This document shows positions 29,669 to 40,195 of a stretch of 64,000 nucleotides of DNA, piece after piece. Source of the stretch: Candidatus Heimdallarchaeum endolithica. Its GTDB lineage: Archaea; Asgardarchaeota; Heimdallarchaeia; Heimdallarchaeales; Heimdallarchaeaceae. The DNA lies in assembly GCA_021513715.1 (NCBI GenBank), contig CP084167.1, forward strand, positions 928,001 through 992,000. The letters run 5' to 3'. The notes under the pieces are model-generated. The model was not told where the DNA came from. It did not search any database and saw only the letters and a list, made by a program, of their open reading frames with translations. The position numbers and the translations under genes were made by a program. Positions within the stretch are counted from its first letter, which is position 1, and every line of letters begins with the position of its first letter.

Positions 29669-29725
29669 TAAAGTGAATTTTATTGTATTATAAAAAAACT
29701 TTATGAAACATTAAAATGTAGGCTA

Positions 29726-31861
29726 TTATTTGCTCCAAATAAGAGAATAGTTCACTTCATATATAGAAACTGTCTTTAAAGAAAAAACAGTTATTAAAAA
29801 GTTCATTGAATTAAATTTTTGATTTGAGTAAATTGTTCCGTTATTAGCTAGTTTTTCTGCTATATAATTTGGTTTGTCGTCTGAAACAAAAATATGAGTT
29901 ATATTAAATGAGTTTAGAAGTTGAAGGCATTGAGTGTCGTTCTCATTGTTCAAGATGAAATAAAAAAGACTAAAAACTAAATTTTCGGTATAAATTAAAT
30001 CACGTGATGAATAAAAAGGATAACAAATTGTCTTGTTGGATGAATAAACAAAAAGTGGTAAAAATTGTGCATATTGATCATTTAATATTACCATACTTCC
30101 ATTGTAATTTTTAATCCAATTGTAAGCTATCAAAGTTTCTTCATTATAGCTAATTGTAGTTCTTGAAACGATAATATACATGTTTACAGCAAAAGACATT
30201 ACTATAATAAGAATAATTGTTAAAATCTTAAGCTTATATATAATATAAGATTTCTTTATTTTCTTTAGAAATTTCTTTAACTTAATATTTTTGTTTTGCT
30301 TCATTGTTATTTCGCTAAATTTTTTTATTTCATTAAAGTTGATAATCTTTTTATTAATAAAGTATCCAGAAAGAATAGGAACAATGATACAATTTAATAT
30401 TACATATGATCGTTCTATCCTAAATAAATAAGCAGAAAGAGGAAAACGAATGAAATTTCCTGCAAAAATTTGAATCTGGAACAAAGTTAATATAAGTAAA
30501 CTAAATAAAAATAATAGATTAACTTCTACTAAATATTGTTGTAAATTCAAATTTTTATCTAAAAAATGACAAAATAGAAAAAACAAAGCAAAAATAAAAG
30601 GAAAATAAAAGAAAGAGAAATAATACTGAAATAAATTAAAAACTTTAGAACTTGTTGAAAATAAACCTGATTGCCCAGTTTGTCCTCTTCTAATATAATT
30701 CCATAGAGTTTGAGTCCATGACGATGGTGAGTACAGAAAATCATAAATGCCTAAATATCCTTTCTTTGAAAGAATAACATAGAGATGAAACTTTAAATTA
30801 TAAATAGCAGTCTCAAGATATATAAATCCAAAAATGAGAACAATCATACTCCAGTAGTATTTTTTTTCTTTTAATGAGAATAGTCTATAGAAACTTAAGA
30901 TAAATACTCCTTGTAACAAAAAACCAAAGGAGTTGAAATGAGATAAGAGTAAAACAAATGATGTAACCAAAAATAAAAAATGATTCTTTTTAATTGGATT
31001 AGCATTAATTTCAAAAAGAATTGAAATAGAAAATATTAATATAATAAGAGAAAAAATAAAAGGAAATCCACCCCATTTTGGCAAATTAGAAAAATGAAAA
31101 GTTAAAAATAACAAAGAAATATTTATTTCTATCATTGCTTCTTCAAAATAAATTTTGTATAATAATTGAGTAAAAATAAATAAAATAAAAAATGTAAATC
31201 GTAAGAAATTATTAAAAAAAATCCCCATATTCAGATTAAAAATAGTGAAAAAAGAATAAAACCAAAGTAGAAAACAATAAGACAATGGTGGATAATAAAG
31301 TTTTTCTTTTAAATAAAAACCGTAGGAAATAACTTCAGTCCAACTTGGAAATAACGCTTTTTGGTCAAACATTAATAAAGCTTGAATTGCATGACCTTTA
31401 GGATCATCAGCATTAGGTAGGTATAAAACCATACCAGGTAAAGAAGAAAGCAAAAAAAAAGAAATGATAAAAAGTAATTTGTAGAATTTATTTTGATTAA
31501 CAAAATCTTTAATAAATTTGATAAAGAAAACATAGTGTTTCCTCATGATTTCTTTATTTGTTTTCAGTATGTGAATTCCTACCAAATATACACCAACAAG
31601 ATATACAAAGATGGAAACGAATGGTAAGTGAAATATTAAGCAAAAAAAAATAATAAGAGTAGCATTTAGAATTCCTATTCCAAAGCTGTAAAAAATAATT
31701 TGAACAAACTGAAGTTTTCTTTTGGATTCAATTTTTAATACGAGAAAAATTATATACCCTGGAACACAAATTGTAAAAAAACAAATTAATAAAAGCGAAA
31801 TTTTCACTGCAATATTTACGATAATAATCCATAAGTTTGTATATGAATTCGCTAGTAGCAC
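29726..31861 (-). CDS. GT-C-like multi-pass membrane protein (DUF6541-like), paralogue 2
   Basis: Same PNADDPKGHAIQ, YPPLS, KWGG.PF, GQTG..GLFS, YLFRIER, WIKNYNGSMVILND and NKTICYPFYSS blocks as 23304-25424. Confidence 0.65.
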   Translation of the reverse strand: MLLANSYTNLWIIIVNIAVKISLLLICFFTICVPGYIIFLVLKIESKRKLQFVQIIFYSFGIGILNATLIIFFCLIFHLPFVSIFVYLVGVYLVGIHILKTNKEIMRKHYVFFIKFIKDFVNQNKFYKLLFIISFFLLSSLPGMVLYLPNADDPKGHAIQALLMFDQKALFPSWTEVISYGFYLKEKLYYPPLSYCFLLWFYSFFTIFNLNMGIFFNNFLRFTFFILFIFTQLLYKIYFEEAMIEINISLLFLTFHFSNLPKWGGFPFIFSLIILIFSISILFEINANPIKKNHFLFLVTSFVLLLSHFNSFGFLLQGVFILSFYRLFSLKEKKYYWSMIVLIFGFIYLETAIYNLKFHLYVILSKKGYLGIYDFLYSPSSWTQTLWNYIRRGQTGQSGLFSTSSKVFNLFQYYFSFFYFPFIFALFFLFCHFLDKNLNLQQYLVEVNLLFLFSLLILTLFQIQIFAGNFIRFPLSAYLFRIERSYVILNCIIVPILSGYFINKKIINFNEIKKFSEITMKQNKNIKLKKFLKKIKKSYIIYKLKILTIILIIVMSFAVNMYIIVSRTTISYNEETLIAYNWIKNYNGSMVILNDQYAQFLPLFVYSSNKTICYPFYSSRDLIYTENLVFSLFYFILNNENDTQCLQLLNSFNITHIFVSDDKPNYIAEKLANNGTIYSNQKFNSMNFLITVFSLKTVSIYEVNYSLIWSK

Positions 31862-32073
31862 AAATTCCTCTTCATTCTATGTTTATAAATTTTTCTTGCC
31901 ATTTTAATACAAATCATATTATAATGCAAAATTACCTGTAAACAAGTTGTCATGCTTTATATATTTGATGTCTTGTAGATATCTTTATCAAAATTCAATA
32001 ACAAAAATATATTTCTAAATACAAAAAAGAATATTAGAATAATTTATAAATCCAACTTAGTTACTCAAAAACA

Positions 32074-33549
32074 ATGAACAAACTAGGTTCTGGTTTTATT
32101 TTTATATCTGCATCTCAAATGATAACAGTTCTTGGCGGACTTATCATTAACATTTTTCTCTCACGATATTTAGGAAAAGAAGGATATGGAATATACAGCT
32201 TAATTATTTCAGGTATAATGATGGTAGGTATCACCTTAGTTACAAATGGTTTTCCTCAAACGCTCTCAAAATATATATCTGAAGGAAAATATGAGCTAAA
32301 AGCATTCATAACAAAAATGCTTTTAATGCAAATAATAGAATCATTAATAATTCTTATCTTATATATTGCTTTCAGCCCGATATTATCAATAATATTAAAA
32401 GAAGATGATCTTTTTGGTTATTTACTAATTGCTTCTTTCATTATACCGACTCAAGCTATTGTTTCCTTTCTAGTTGGCTTATATAATGGGCTTCGCATGT
32501 TTGGAAATCAAGCTGCTCTTGTTTCTTTGTTTTCATTTTTTAAAGTAACTTGTATTATTTCTTTTACTTATTTATTTGGAATCAAAGGTGCAATTTTTGG
32601 CTTTTTTATGTCGACATTATTAGTAAGTCTGTTATTTGTTTTTAAAGCAAGAAAATATTTTACTAGAAGATTTAATTTTATTGTTATAAAAGATATTATG
32701 CCATTTTTTTTAAGAATTACTTTATTCAGCATTGAATTGAGTTTACTTCTTTCATTAGACCTAAATTGTTTAAAATTGTTCTTAAACTATAATCAAAATG
32801 AGCAATTGGGAATTTACAGTGCAGGGGCTGTTATAGCAAAGACAAGTTTTTTTCTTATAATATCTTTCTCAGGGGTTATGTTCCCTATTATTTCAAATTT
32901 ACTTGCTAATGATAAATTAAATGAAGCTCAGCAACAGATAGGAAATATGATAAAAATATCATCTGTATTTCTGTTGCCTATAGTGACAACTTTAGTTTTT
33001 TTAAGTCCAATTTTAGTTAATCTATTCTATGGAGTTGAATATTCATCTTCTTCATCTATAGTTTCTATTTTGGTTTTTAGTTATTCAATTCTAGGTTACT
33101 TTGTGATCTTTGCAAATATTTTAAATAGTATTGGAGAAGTCAAAACAATAAATATTATATCTATAATTACAATTGCAATAGATATAGTTTTATTATATTT
33201 TTTAATTAAAGCACTATCAATTAAAGGAGCAGCAATTGCAACTACAATTTCAAGTTCAATTGGATTGATTAGCCTAATTATAATACTCTTACAAAAAATA
33301 GGTATTAAGATGGAGACAATGTCAATTTTACGGATTTCGATTATAGGTTTGATTATTTTTGGTATATCTAATGCCTTTTTAGTTTTTTTAACAAAAAATG
33401 TCATATTCTGGATTGGAATTCTGATAATCGAAACAATACTTTATTTTACTGTTTTGCACTTTACCAATGATTTCTATGTTTTACACGTTATCAGAGAATA
33501 TTATAGCAAATACTTGAAATGGTTAAAAAATCAACGAAAGAATAATTAA
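32074..33549 (+). CDS. Oligosaccharide flippase (Wzx/MOP family)
   Basis: LSRYLGKEGYGIYSL, LGIYSA, FP.IS, GAAIAT; about 14 TMs. Confidence 0.9.
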   Translation: MNKLGSGFIFISASQMITVLGGLIINIFLSRYLGKEGYGIYSLIISGIMMVGITLVTNGFPQTLSKYISEGKYELKAFITKMLLMQIIESLIILILYIAFSPILSIILKEDDLFGYLLIASFIIPTQAIVSFLVGLYNGLRMFGNQAALVSLFSFFKVTCIISFTYLFGIKGAIFGFFMSTLLVSLLFVFKARKYFTRRFNFIVIKDIMPFFLRITLFSIELSLLLSLDLNCLKLFLNYNQNEQLGIYSAGAVIAKTSFFLIISFSGVMFPIISNLLANDKLNEAQQQIGNMIKISSVFLLPIVTTLVFLSPILVNLFYGVEYSSSSSIVSILVFSYSILGYFVIFANILNSIGEVKTINIISIITIAIDIVLLYFLIKALSIKGAAIATTISSSIGLISLIIILLQKIGIKMETMSILRISIIGLIIFGISNAFLVFLTKNVIFWIGILIIETILYFTVLHFTNDFYVLHVIREYYSKYLKWLKNQRKNN

Positions 33550-33616
33550 AAAAATTATGTTACAACATCTATGCCAAAGAACTAATGTGGAAATTCATGT
33601 TTTTCATTTTTTCAAA

Positions 33617-34630
33617 TTATCCCCGTCCCATATACTTTATTGTACGGAAAATAGGCCTAAACGACTGATATTTGAAAATTTCTTTATCGCTCACTTTTCT
33701 GCTTTTCTGTACTTGTTTTCTTGCTTCAAAACATTTGTTTAGATTTTTAAAAAAATAGACATACGCACTAATTGTAGCTTTTAAAATGTCCTTTCTTACT
33801 ATCGAATAAATAACTTTTGTGAAACATAGAATAAAGTAAATAGGTAAAAGAAGCAATAATGACTTTAACGAAAGATTTTTTGTTAAGACATACAAGCAGC
33901 TAAACTCCCTATGATACACTTTAAAAGGATTCTTTTTCTTACCTGTAGAAACACTTAATTTATGAAATGCAAAAGCATTTTTTACGATATGTATTTTATG
34001 ATTGGATAGTCTTACTCTCCAGCTTATATCAACATCATCCCAATATAGAAAAATATTTTCATCAAAGTAATTAACTTCTTTTAATACTCTAGAAGTAACG
34101 AGAAAACATGAACCTGGAGCAGAAAAAAATTTATTATTTATTTCGTTCTTTATATCTGAATAATTTTTATTAAAGCCTTTATCATTTGAAAATCCAAAAA
34201 CGCAGAATTCACCACCAATTGAATTTATCAGGTTTTCATTTTTGTTGCTATATAAAAAAATAACCGGAAAAACAATACCAATCGATTTATTACTTTTAAT
34301 ATGAACTATTAGTTTTTCTATTGTGTTGGGTTCAATTATAACATCATTATTTAGAATTAAAAAATAATTTGAACCTAATTTTTCTGCATATTTTATACCA
34401 ATGTTATTACCATAGCCATAACCACCATTTCTTTCAGAACGTACTAGTATGACTTTTTCATAGCTGTTAAATCTTTGTTTTAGTGTGCTATAGACTTCCT
34501 CTTTAGAACCATTATCAACTAAAATGATGTTAAAATTCTTATAAGTACTAACAAGAACCGATTCAATGCATTCAATAGTATCTTTTATATTATTATAATT
34601 AACAATAATAACGCTTAACTTTACATTCAT
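33617..34630 (-). CDS. GT2 glycosyltransferase (WbbL/rhamnosyltransferase-like)
   Basis: SVIIVNYN, VDNGS, N.GYG.GNNIG, LNND, FDENIFLYWDDVD; next to the rml genes. Confidence 0.88.
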   Translation of the reverse strand: MNVKLSVIIVNYNNIKDTIECIESVLVSTYKNFNIILVDNGSKEEVYSTLKQRFNSYEKVILVRSERNGGYGYGNNIGIKYAEKLGSNYFLILNNDVIIEPNTIEKLIVHIKSNKSIGIVFPVIFLYSNKNENLINSIGGEFCVFGFSNDKGFNKNYSDIKNEINNKFFSAPGSCFLVTSRVLKEVNYFDENIFLYWDDVDISWRVRLSNHKIHIVKNAFAFHKLSVSTGKKKNPFKVYHREFSCLYVLTKNLSLKSLLLLLPIYFILCFTKVIYSIVRKDILKATISAYVYFFKNLNKCFEARKQVQKSRKVSDKEIFKYQSFRPIFRTIKYMGRG

Positions 34631-34906
34631 AGAAGTTACATCCTATTCTTCTTAATAATTATTATAGCTTAACATTAAAAACTGAATTTATTATATAAAT
34701 GTACTTTTCTGGCAGTATATTCAATAATTATAATAGAAATTACTATCACTTTTCTAAAAACTTATACTCAGATAAGTTATGATTAACAATAAATGTTGCT
34801 TAAAGTAAAAAAACAGTTAAAAGTAAATTAGAGAATGAAGTACGAGTAAAAAACAAGGATTAAACAAAAAACATGAATAAAAACAAAAAATGATTGAAAT
34901 TTAATA

Positions 34907-35992
34907 TTATATTTTTTCGTTACTATAATCTTTATTTTTTTTCAAGTACTCTTTGGTTTCTATATTCTTTAACCATTCCTCATTTTTTAAATACCAATCT
35001 ATTGTTAGTTGAATACCTTCTTCAAAATCGATTGTTGAATACCAGTTCAGTTCATTTTTTATCTTTGAAATATCGATTGCATATCTTCTATCGTGCCCTA
35101 ATCTGTCTTTAACGTGTTTAATTAAAGTTTCATTAATTTTAGTATCTTTCGTTTTCTCTGATAAATAAGAAATTATTTTTTTTACAACATATATATTCTT
35201 TCTCTCATTTTGTGCACCAATGTTATATATTTCACCTACCTTTCCTTTTTCAAATACCAAATCGATTGCTCTACAATGATCTGTGACATAAATCCAATCT
35301 CTTACTTGATTTCCATCTCCATATACAGGTAGATCCTTATGGTTCAATGCATTTTGTATCATTAACGGAATTAATTTTTCTGGAAATTGGTAGGGACCGT
35401 AGTTGTTAGAACATCTAGTAATATTTACTGGCATCTTATATGTATCAAAGTAAGCTTTTACTATTAAATCTGCAGATGCTTTACTTGCTGAATAAGGACT
35501 ATGTGGATCAAGAGGAGTTTTTTCTGTAAAAGCACCTGTAGGACCTAGAGAACCATATACTTCATCTGTTGATATTTGTAAGAATTTTTTATTTTCTATC
35601 CATTCTTCATTGTGATACCAATATTTCTTGCATATTTCAAGAAGTGTATGTGTGCCTAAAATATTTGTTTGGAGAAATATTTGTGGATTATCGATGGATC
35701 TATCAACATGGGATTCTGCAGCAAAATTAATAACTCCATCTATATCTTTATAGGTTTCAAATATTTTCTTTAATAACTCAAAATTATTAATATCCCCTTT
35801 AATAAAAGTAAACCTTGACTTTTGATCTTCTGATAAATTGTTCCAATTTTCGACGTTACCAGCATAAGTAAGTTTGTCGATACCAATTATTTCTCTATCA
35901 GGATATTTATCTAGGTAATAATAAAGAAAATTACTTCCAATAAATCCTGCAACTCCAGTTACTAATATTTTCATTTTTAATATTTCCTCCAT
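34907..35992 (-). CDS. rmlB: dTDP-glucose 4,6-dehydratase
   Basis: GVAGFIGSNF, DKLTYAGN, FAAESHVDRSI, STDEVYG, SPYSASKA, NNYGPYQFPEKLIP, DRLGHDRRYAID. Confidence 0.96.
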   Translation of the reverse strand: MEEILKMKILVTGVAGFIGSNFLYYYLDKYPDREIIGIDKLTYAGNVENWNNLSEDQKSRFTFIKGDINNFELLKKIFETYKDIDGVINFAAESHVDRSIDNPQIFLQTNILGTHTLLEICKKYWYHNEEWIENKKFLQISTDEVYGSLGPTGAFTEKTPLDPHSPYSASKASADLIVKAYFDTYKMPVNITRCSNNYGPYQFPEKLIPLMIQNALNHKDLPVYGDGNQVRDWIYVTDHCRAIDLVFEKGKVGEIYNIGAQNERKNIYVVKKIISYLSEKTKDTKINETLIKHVKDRLGHDRRYAIDISKIKNELNWYSTIDFEEGIQLTIDWYLKNEEWLKNIETKEYLKKNKDYSNEKI

Positions 35993-35997
35993 GTTTT

Positions 35998-36846
35998 TTA
36001 TTTAATCAATCCAATTTCTTTTAAAAAATTATTAGTAGCATCTTGCCAAGAAGGTAGTTTATATCCAATTACCTCTTCCAAACCAAATGAGTCTAAAACC
36101 GATAAAAAAGGTCTTTTAGCTGGTGTATGAAACTCATGAGAAAGAGCAGGAAGAAGCTCTCCTTCCCAGTTTATTTTGTCTAATATATATTTAGCCCATT
36201 GATATCGTGAACAATATCCAGAATTTGTCATATGATACAATCCATAATTTTCTGTTTTTATCAGGTTATAAGTTGCTTTTACAATATCGTTTGTATAACT
36301 TGGCGATGATATCTGATCAATAACGATCCTTAGTTTATTTTTATTTCTACTCCATTTTATAGTTTTAGTTATGAAGTTATCATTCCCTTTCCCAAAAACC
36401 CAGCTTAATCTTACTAGAAAAAATCTATTAGCTATATTTTGCACATTCCTTTCTCCAAGTGCTTTACTTTCTCCGTATTTTGAAATTGGAGATGGTTTAT
36501 CATAAATTGTATAGAGAAAACCTTTATGTCCATCAAAAACATAATCTGTAGAATAATGGACAAGTACAGCCTTTAATTCATTCGCAAGTAAAGCTAAGTT
36601 TTTTGGACCAAGCCCATTTATTCGATAAGCAGATTGCCAATCATTTTCAGCGTTATCTACAGCATTATAGGCAGCACAATTAATAATTATATCAATATCT
36701 TTATTTGAAACATATTCTCGCAGTTTTTTAAAATTTGTAATATCTAATTCGACATCGGTTGCAAAAAAATTAATCCCTTCTTTTTTAAAAAAGGTTTGGA
36801 ATGATTGACCTAATTGACCTTTTGATCCTGTAATTAATATTCCCAT
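35998..36846 (-). CDS. rmlD: dTDP-4-dehydrorhamnose reductase
   Basis: GSKGQLG, NCAAYNAVD.AE, STDYVFDG, YGESK, DQ..SP, PAKRP. Confidence 0.95.
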   Translation of the reverse strand: MGILITGSKGQLGQSFQTFFKKEGINFFATDVELDITNFKKLREYVSNKDIDIIINCAAYNAVDNAENDWQSAYRINGLGPKNLALLANELKAVLVHYSTDYVFDGHKGFLYTIYDKPSPISKYGESKALGERNVQNIANRFFLVRLSWVFGKGNDNFITKTIKWSRNKNKLRIVIDQISSPSYTNDIVKATYNLIKTENYGLYHMTNSGYCSRYQWAKYILDKINWEGELLPALSHEFHTPAKRPFLSVLDSFGLEEVIGYKLPSWQDATNNFLKEIGLIK

Positions 36847-36993
36847 ATAAGCACTATTAAATTTCCATAAATATATTTTTTGTTTGATTTTTTTGAATTA
36901 CTAAAATGTAACTCGTTATTTAAAAAATTTTCTCAAATGATAGTATATATTCATTTTTTGGATACATGTATTTTTTAGTCTTAATTTCTTAAA

Positions 36994-37569
36994 TTAGCCC
37001 TTCTTATATTCAAAAGGTGATTCAATATCTTTCAAGAATGGTAAATTAGAATCTTTCTCTGAAAGAATTAATCTTGAATCTTCAATCTTGTCTAAAGGCC
37101 ATTTAATGTTTATATCTGGATCATTCCACCTGATTCCTCTATCATAAGCAGAATAATAATAATCAGTTGTTTTGTAAACAAATTCAGATTCTTCAAGAGC
37201 AAGAAAACCATGAGCAAAACCTTCTGGAATATAAAACATACGTTTGTTTTTTTCAGAGAGTTCTACACCATAATACTGACCAAAATTGGGAGAGCCAACT
37301 CTTAAATCTACAGCAACATCAAACACTCTTCCTTTAATTACACGTACTAATTTTCCTTGAGGATGTTTGGATTGATAATGTAACCCCCGTAGAACTCCTT
37401 TTGAAGATTTAGAGTGGTTATCTTGAACAAAATCAACGTCTAAACCAATCTTAGTAAACTCTCTTTTATTATAAGTTTCCATAAAAAATCCTCTTTCGTC
37501 GCTAAAAATTGCGGGTTCAATAATAAATACCCCGTCTAATGTTGTTTTAATTTTATTAAATTTTATCAT
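36994..37569 (-). CDS. rmlC: dTDP-4-dehydrorhamnose 3,5-epimerase
   Basis: DERGFFMETY, VQDNHS.S.KGVLRGLHYQ, DVAVDLR, GFAHGF, WNDP. Confidence 0.96.
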   Translation of the reverse strand: MIKFNKIKTTLDGVFIIEPAIFSDERGFFMETYNKREFTKIGLDVDFVQDNHSKSSKGVLRGLHYQSKHPQGKLVRVIKGRVFDVAVDLRVGSPNFGQYYGVELSEKNKRMFYIPEGFAHGFLALEESEFVYKTTDYYYSAYDRGIRWNDPDINIKWPLDKIEDSRLILSEKDSNLPFLKDIESPFEYKKG

Positions 37570-37713
37570 ATTACCACCTTAAAGCTTTACTACAAATTTA
37601 GATTATTTTTATTTCATAATTATTTTTATTACATAGTCACTGTTTTGCTATTAAATAAATTGATTATATTGTATTTATTTGTTGCATTATTATTACATGT
37701 AGCTAAAAGTTTT

Positions 37714-38577
37714 TTAAATAAGACTTAATAAATACCGTCCATAATCAGAATTTGAGTGCTCTTTTGCTAAATGTTCAAGTTGTTCATCGTCAATATATCC
37801 AAGTCTATATGCGATTTCTTCTAAACAAGCAATATAATATCCTTGTCTTTTTTGAATAGCTGCAACAAAATTACTAGCTTCTATCAAACCATCAAATGTT
37901 CCAGTATCAAACCAAGCTAATCCACGGCCTAACAATTCAACTTTCAACTTACCTCTTTTTAAATATTCAATATTAAGATCAGTAATTTCCAACTCTCCTC
38001 GAGGAGATGGTTTAAGATTCTCAGCAAACTTAATTACATTATTATCATAGAAATATAAACCAGGGATAGCATAGTTTGATTTTGGAAAAGCTGGTTTCTC
38101 TTCTAAGGAGATAACATCCATTGTTTCTTCATCGAATTCTACAACACCAAAAGCAGTTGGATTATTAACATAGTAGCCAAAGATTAATGCTCCTTCCTTT
38201 AAAGTGGCTGCTTTTCTTAAAATTGAAGAAAAACCTTGACCATAAAAGATATTATCACCTAAAATTAATGCAACATTATCAGAACCAATAAATTCTTTAC
38301 CAACAATAAAAGCATCAGCTAAACCTCTTGGTTTTTCTTGGATTTTATAGGAAAACTGAACACCAAGTTGAGAACCATCTTTTAATAAGTTCTTGTAGTC
38401 TGTAATATCTCTTGCAGTTGAGATAATTAAAATATCTTTTATCCCTGCAAGAAGAAGTGAAGACAGTGAGTAATAAATCATAGGTTTGTCATAAACTGGC
38501 AGAATTTGCTTTGAAATTGCTTTTGTTATAGGATATAATCTTGTTCCTGCTCCTCCTGCTAATACAATCCCTTTCAT
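37714..38577 (-). CDS. rmlA: Glucose-1-phosphate thymidylyltransferase (short form)
   Basis: [62 protein letters not shown]. Confidence 0.97.
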   Translation of the reverse strand: MKGIVLAGGAGTRLYPITKAISKQILPVYDKPMIYYSLSSLLLAGIKDILIISTARDITDYKNLLKDGSQLGVQFSYKIQEKPRGLADAFIVGKEFIGSDNVALILGDNIFYGQGFSSILRKAATLKEGALIFGYYVNNPTAFGVVEFDEETMDVISLEEKPAFPKSNYAIPGLYFYDNNVIKFAENLKPSPRGELEITDLNIEYLKRGKLKVELLGRGLAWFDTGTFDGLIEASNFVAAIQKRQGYYIACLEEIAYRLGYIDDEQLEHLAKEHSNSDYGRYLLSLI

Positions 38578-38631
38578 TTCGATTATAAGGAGAAGTACCC
38601 TATACTATAAAGTTTTCGTAAGCACTAATCT

Positions 38632-39393
38632 GTAGTGTCTAGTTTTTATACCACCTCCTAGGTAAAAAGGAACTAAGGGGAGGATGTCCCAAGCTCTGAT
38701 GAGGACGAACGAAATTATAATGGAGCATAAAGAGAGTAAGAAAACCAGAAAGATGAGTAGAGCCATAGACGGCACGGATAGGACAAGTGCAGTGGAGAAT
38801 AGAATGAAACCAACGATAACTCTTAAGGGTGGCATTAAAACGTTCAATATAGGAGCGTAAACCACCTTTGATAACGGAGATTTTGATACCTAGACGAAGT
38901 AAGACAGGATACCATACCCCTGCATCTGTAACGACAATACGAGGCTTAAAACCCCAACATTTGAACCAATAACGGAAAGTTAGTAAACATTCAAGATTAC
39001 TCCGTCCTTTAGTAATACTAAAACCCAGTAAAGTCTTGTTGTAAGGATCTAACGCGAACCACAGATATATTGAGCCTTGAGAGGTCCTAATCTCTGTTTC
39101 ATCTACTACTATAATCTCTGGTATTCCCCCTCTCTCTGCTACAATTCTATGTAAACTTTCCCTAAAGAGCCTGAACTTCTTTACCCAATACAATAATGTT
39201 TGATGCGTTAAACCATTCTTCCATGCTACTGTCCTCAACCCATTCTTTGAACCAATATATTCATAAATAGCTTTTATTATTATTTTTTTGGGGACTCTGC
39301 ATCTCTTAAAAAGAGCAGATAGTTTTTGTGTTTTCATATCTTACTATTAGAGTCCCCACAAATATTTTTGTCGGAAGAAAACTAGACACTACC
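38632..39393 (-). mobile_element. IS6-family insertion sequence (~760 bp)
   Basis: Perfect 15-bp TIR GTAGTGTCTAGTTTT (38632-38646) / AAAACTAGACACTAC (39378-39392); flanking direct repeat GCACTAATCT (38622-38631, 39394-39403); visibly higher GC. Confidence 0.9.
38639..39337 (-). CDS. IS6-family DDE transposase
   Basis: N-terminal HTH (LRTVA..HQTLLYWVKK), VVDET, YLWFALD, VVTDA..WY, IERFN.TLK, YNFVRPHQSL. Confidence 0.88.
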   Translation of the reverse strand: MKTQKLSALFKRCRVPKKIIIKAIYEYIGSKNGLRTVAWKNGLTHQTLLYWVKKFRLFRESLHRIVAERGGIPEIIVVDETEIRTSQGSIYLWFALDPYNKTLLGFSITKGRSNLECLLTFRYWFKCWGFKPRIVVTDAGVWYPVLLRLGIKISVIKGGLRSYIERFNATLKSYRWFHSILHCTCPIRAVYGSTHLSGFLTLFMLHYNFVRPHQSLGHPPLSSFLPRRWYKN

Positions 39394-39499
39394 GCACTAA
39401 TCTATGTGAAAAATCAATAATAAAAAGTAACATTTTAGCAATGAAGATTAAAATAAAGAATTAATAAATCTTTAAAAAGGTCAAAGAGAGATTGTCATA

Positions 39500-40195
39500 T
39501 TAAATTTTGAACAGTTCTTCTGCTAGTATTTCAGACAATTTAAGATCAATGATATTGTCGATGTCTATTGATCGTTCTAAAGGCATTTCATAATATGTAG
39601 AATGTTCTTCTTTTAAAAAAACTGAATCTTTTAGAAATTTTTGGACATAAACAGTATATATTGCACCATTTATTCTATAAAACTTTGGAAAATCTTGTCT
39701 TCTAAAATATTCATTTTTATTGTTGAATAAAAATTTTATGTACTTATCCTCTTTTGACACTGCTAGAAAAGGATGTGGTTCAAATTCACAAATTGAAATG
39801 CATGAATGGAAACTTCCTGAACATAAAAGTTCTATAGTTTTATCTACATCTTCGCTAGTTCTTAAAGGACTTGTAGGTTGCAATAACACAAATATCTCAT
39901 AACCCTTTTTTATTTCCAAAGTATGTAATATTACATCTTTCATTGGAGAAGTATCTGAAGCAAGAGTTTCAGGGCGCTCAATGGTACAAATTTCATTTTT
40001 TTTACCAATTTCTATTGCTTTTTCATCATCAGTTGTAAGTACAATTTCATCAATATATTTACTTTTTTTTGCATGTAAAATCGACCATTCAATAAGTGTT
40101 CGATTCTTTAATACTTGTAGGTTTTTGTTTTTTATTCCTTTAGAACCCCTTCTTGCAGGAATAATAGCTAAGATGTGATAATTTTTGAATGTCAT
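39500..40195 (-). CDS. neuA: CMP-nonulosonate (acylneuraminate) cytidylyltransferase
   Basis: AIIPARRGSKGIKNKN, ERP..LASD, LLQPTSPLR, NGAIY, SIDID. Confidence 0.95.
   Translation of the reverse strand: MTFKNYHILAIIPARRGSKGIKNKNLQVLKNRTLIEWSILHAKKSKYIDEIVLTTDDEKAIEIGKKNEICTIERPETLASDTSPMKDVILHTLEIKKGYEIFVLLQPTSPLRTSEDVDKTIELLCSGSFHSCISICEFEPHPFLAVSKEDKYIKFLFNNKNEYFRRQDFPKFYRINGAIYTVYVQKFLKDSVFLKEEHSTYYEMPLERSIDIDNIIDLKLSEILAEELFKI

Noticed and set aside
38605-38865. 86-aa hydrophobic ORF in the IS6 element
   Set aside because: Alternate frame over the transposase 3' end that runs past the element boundary
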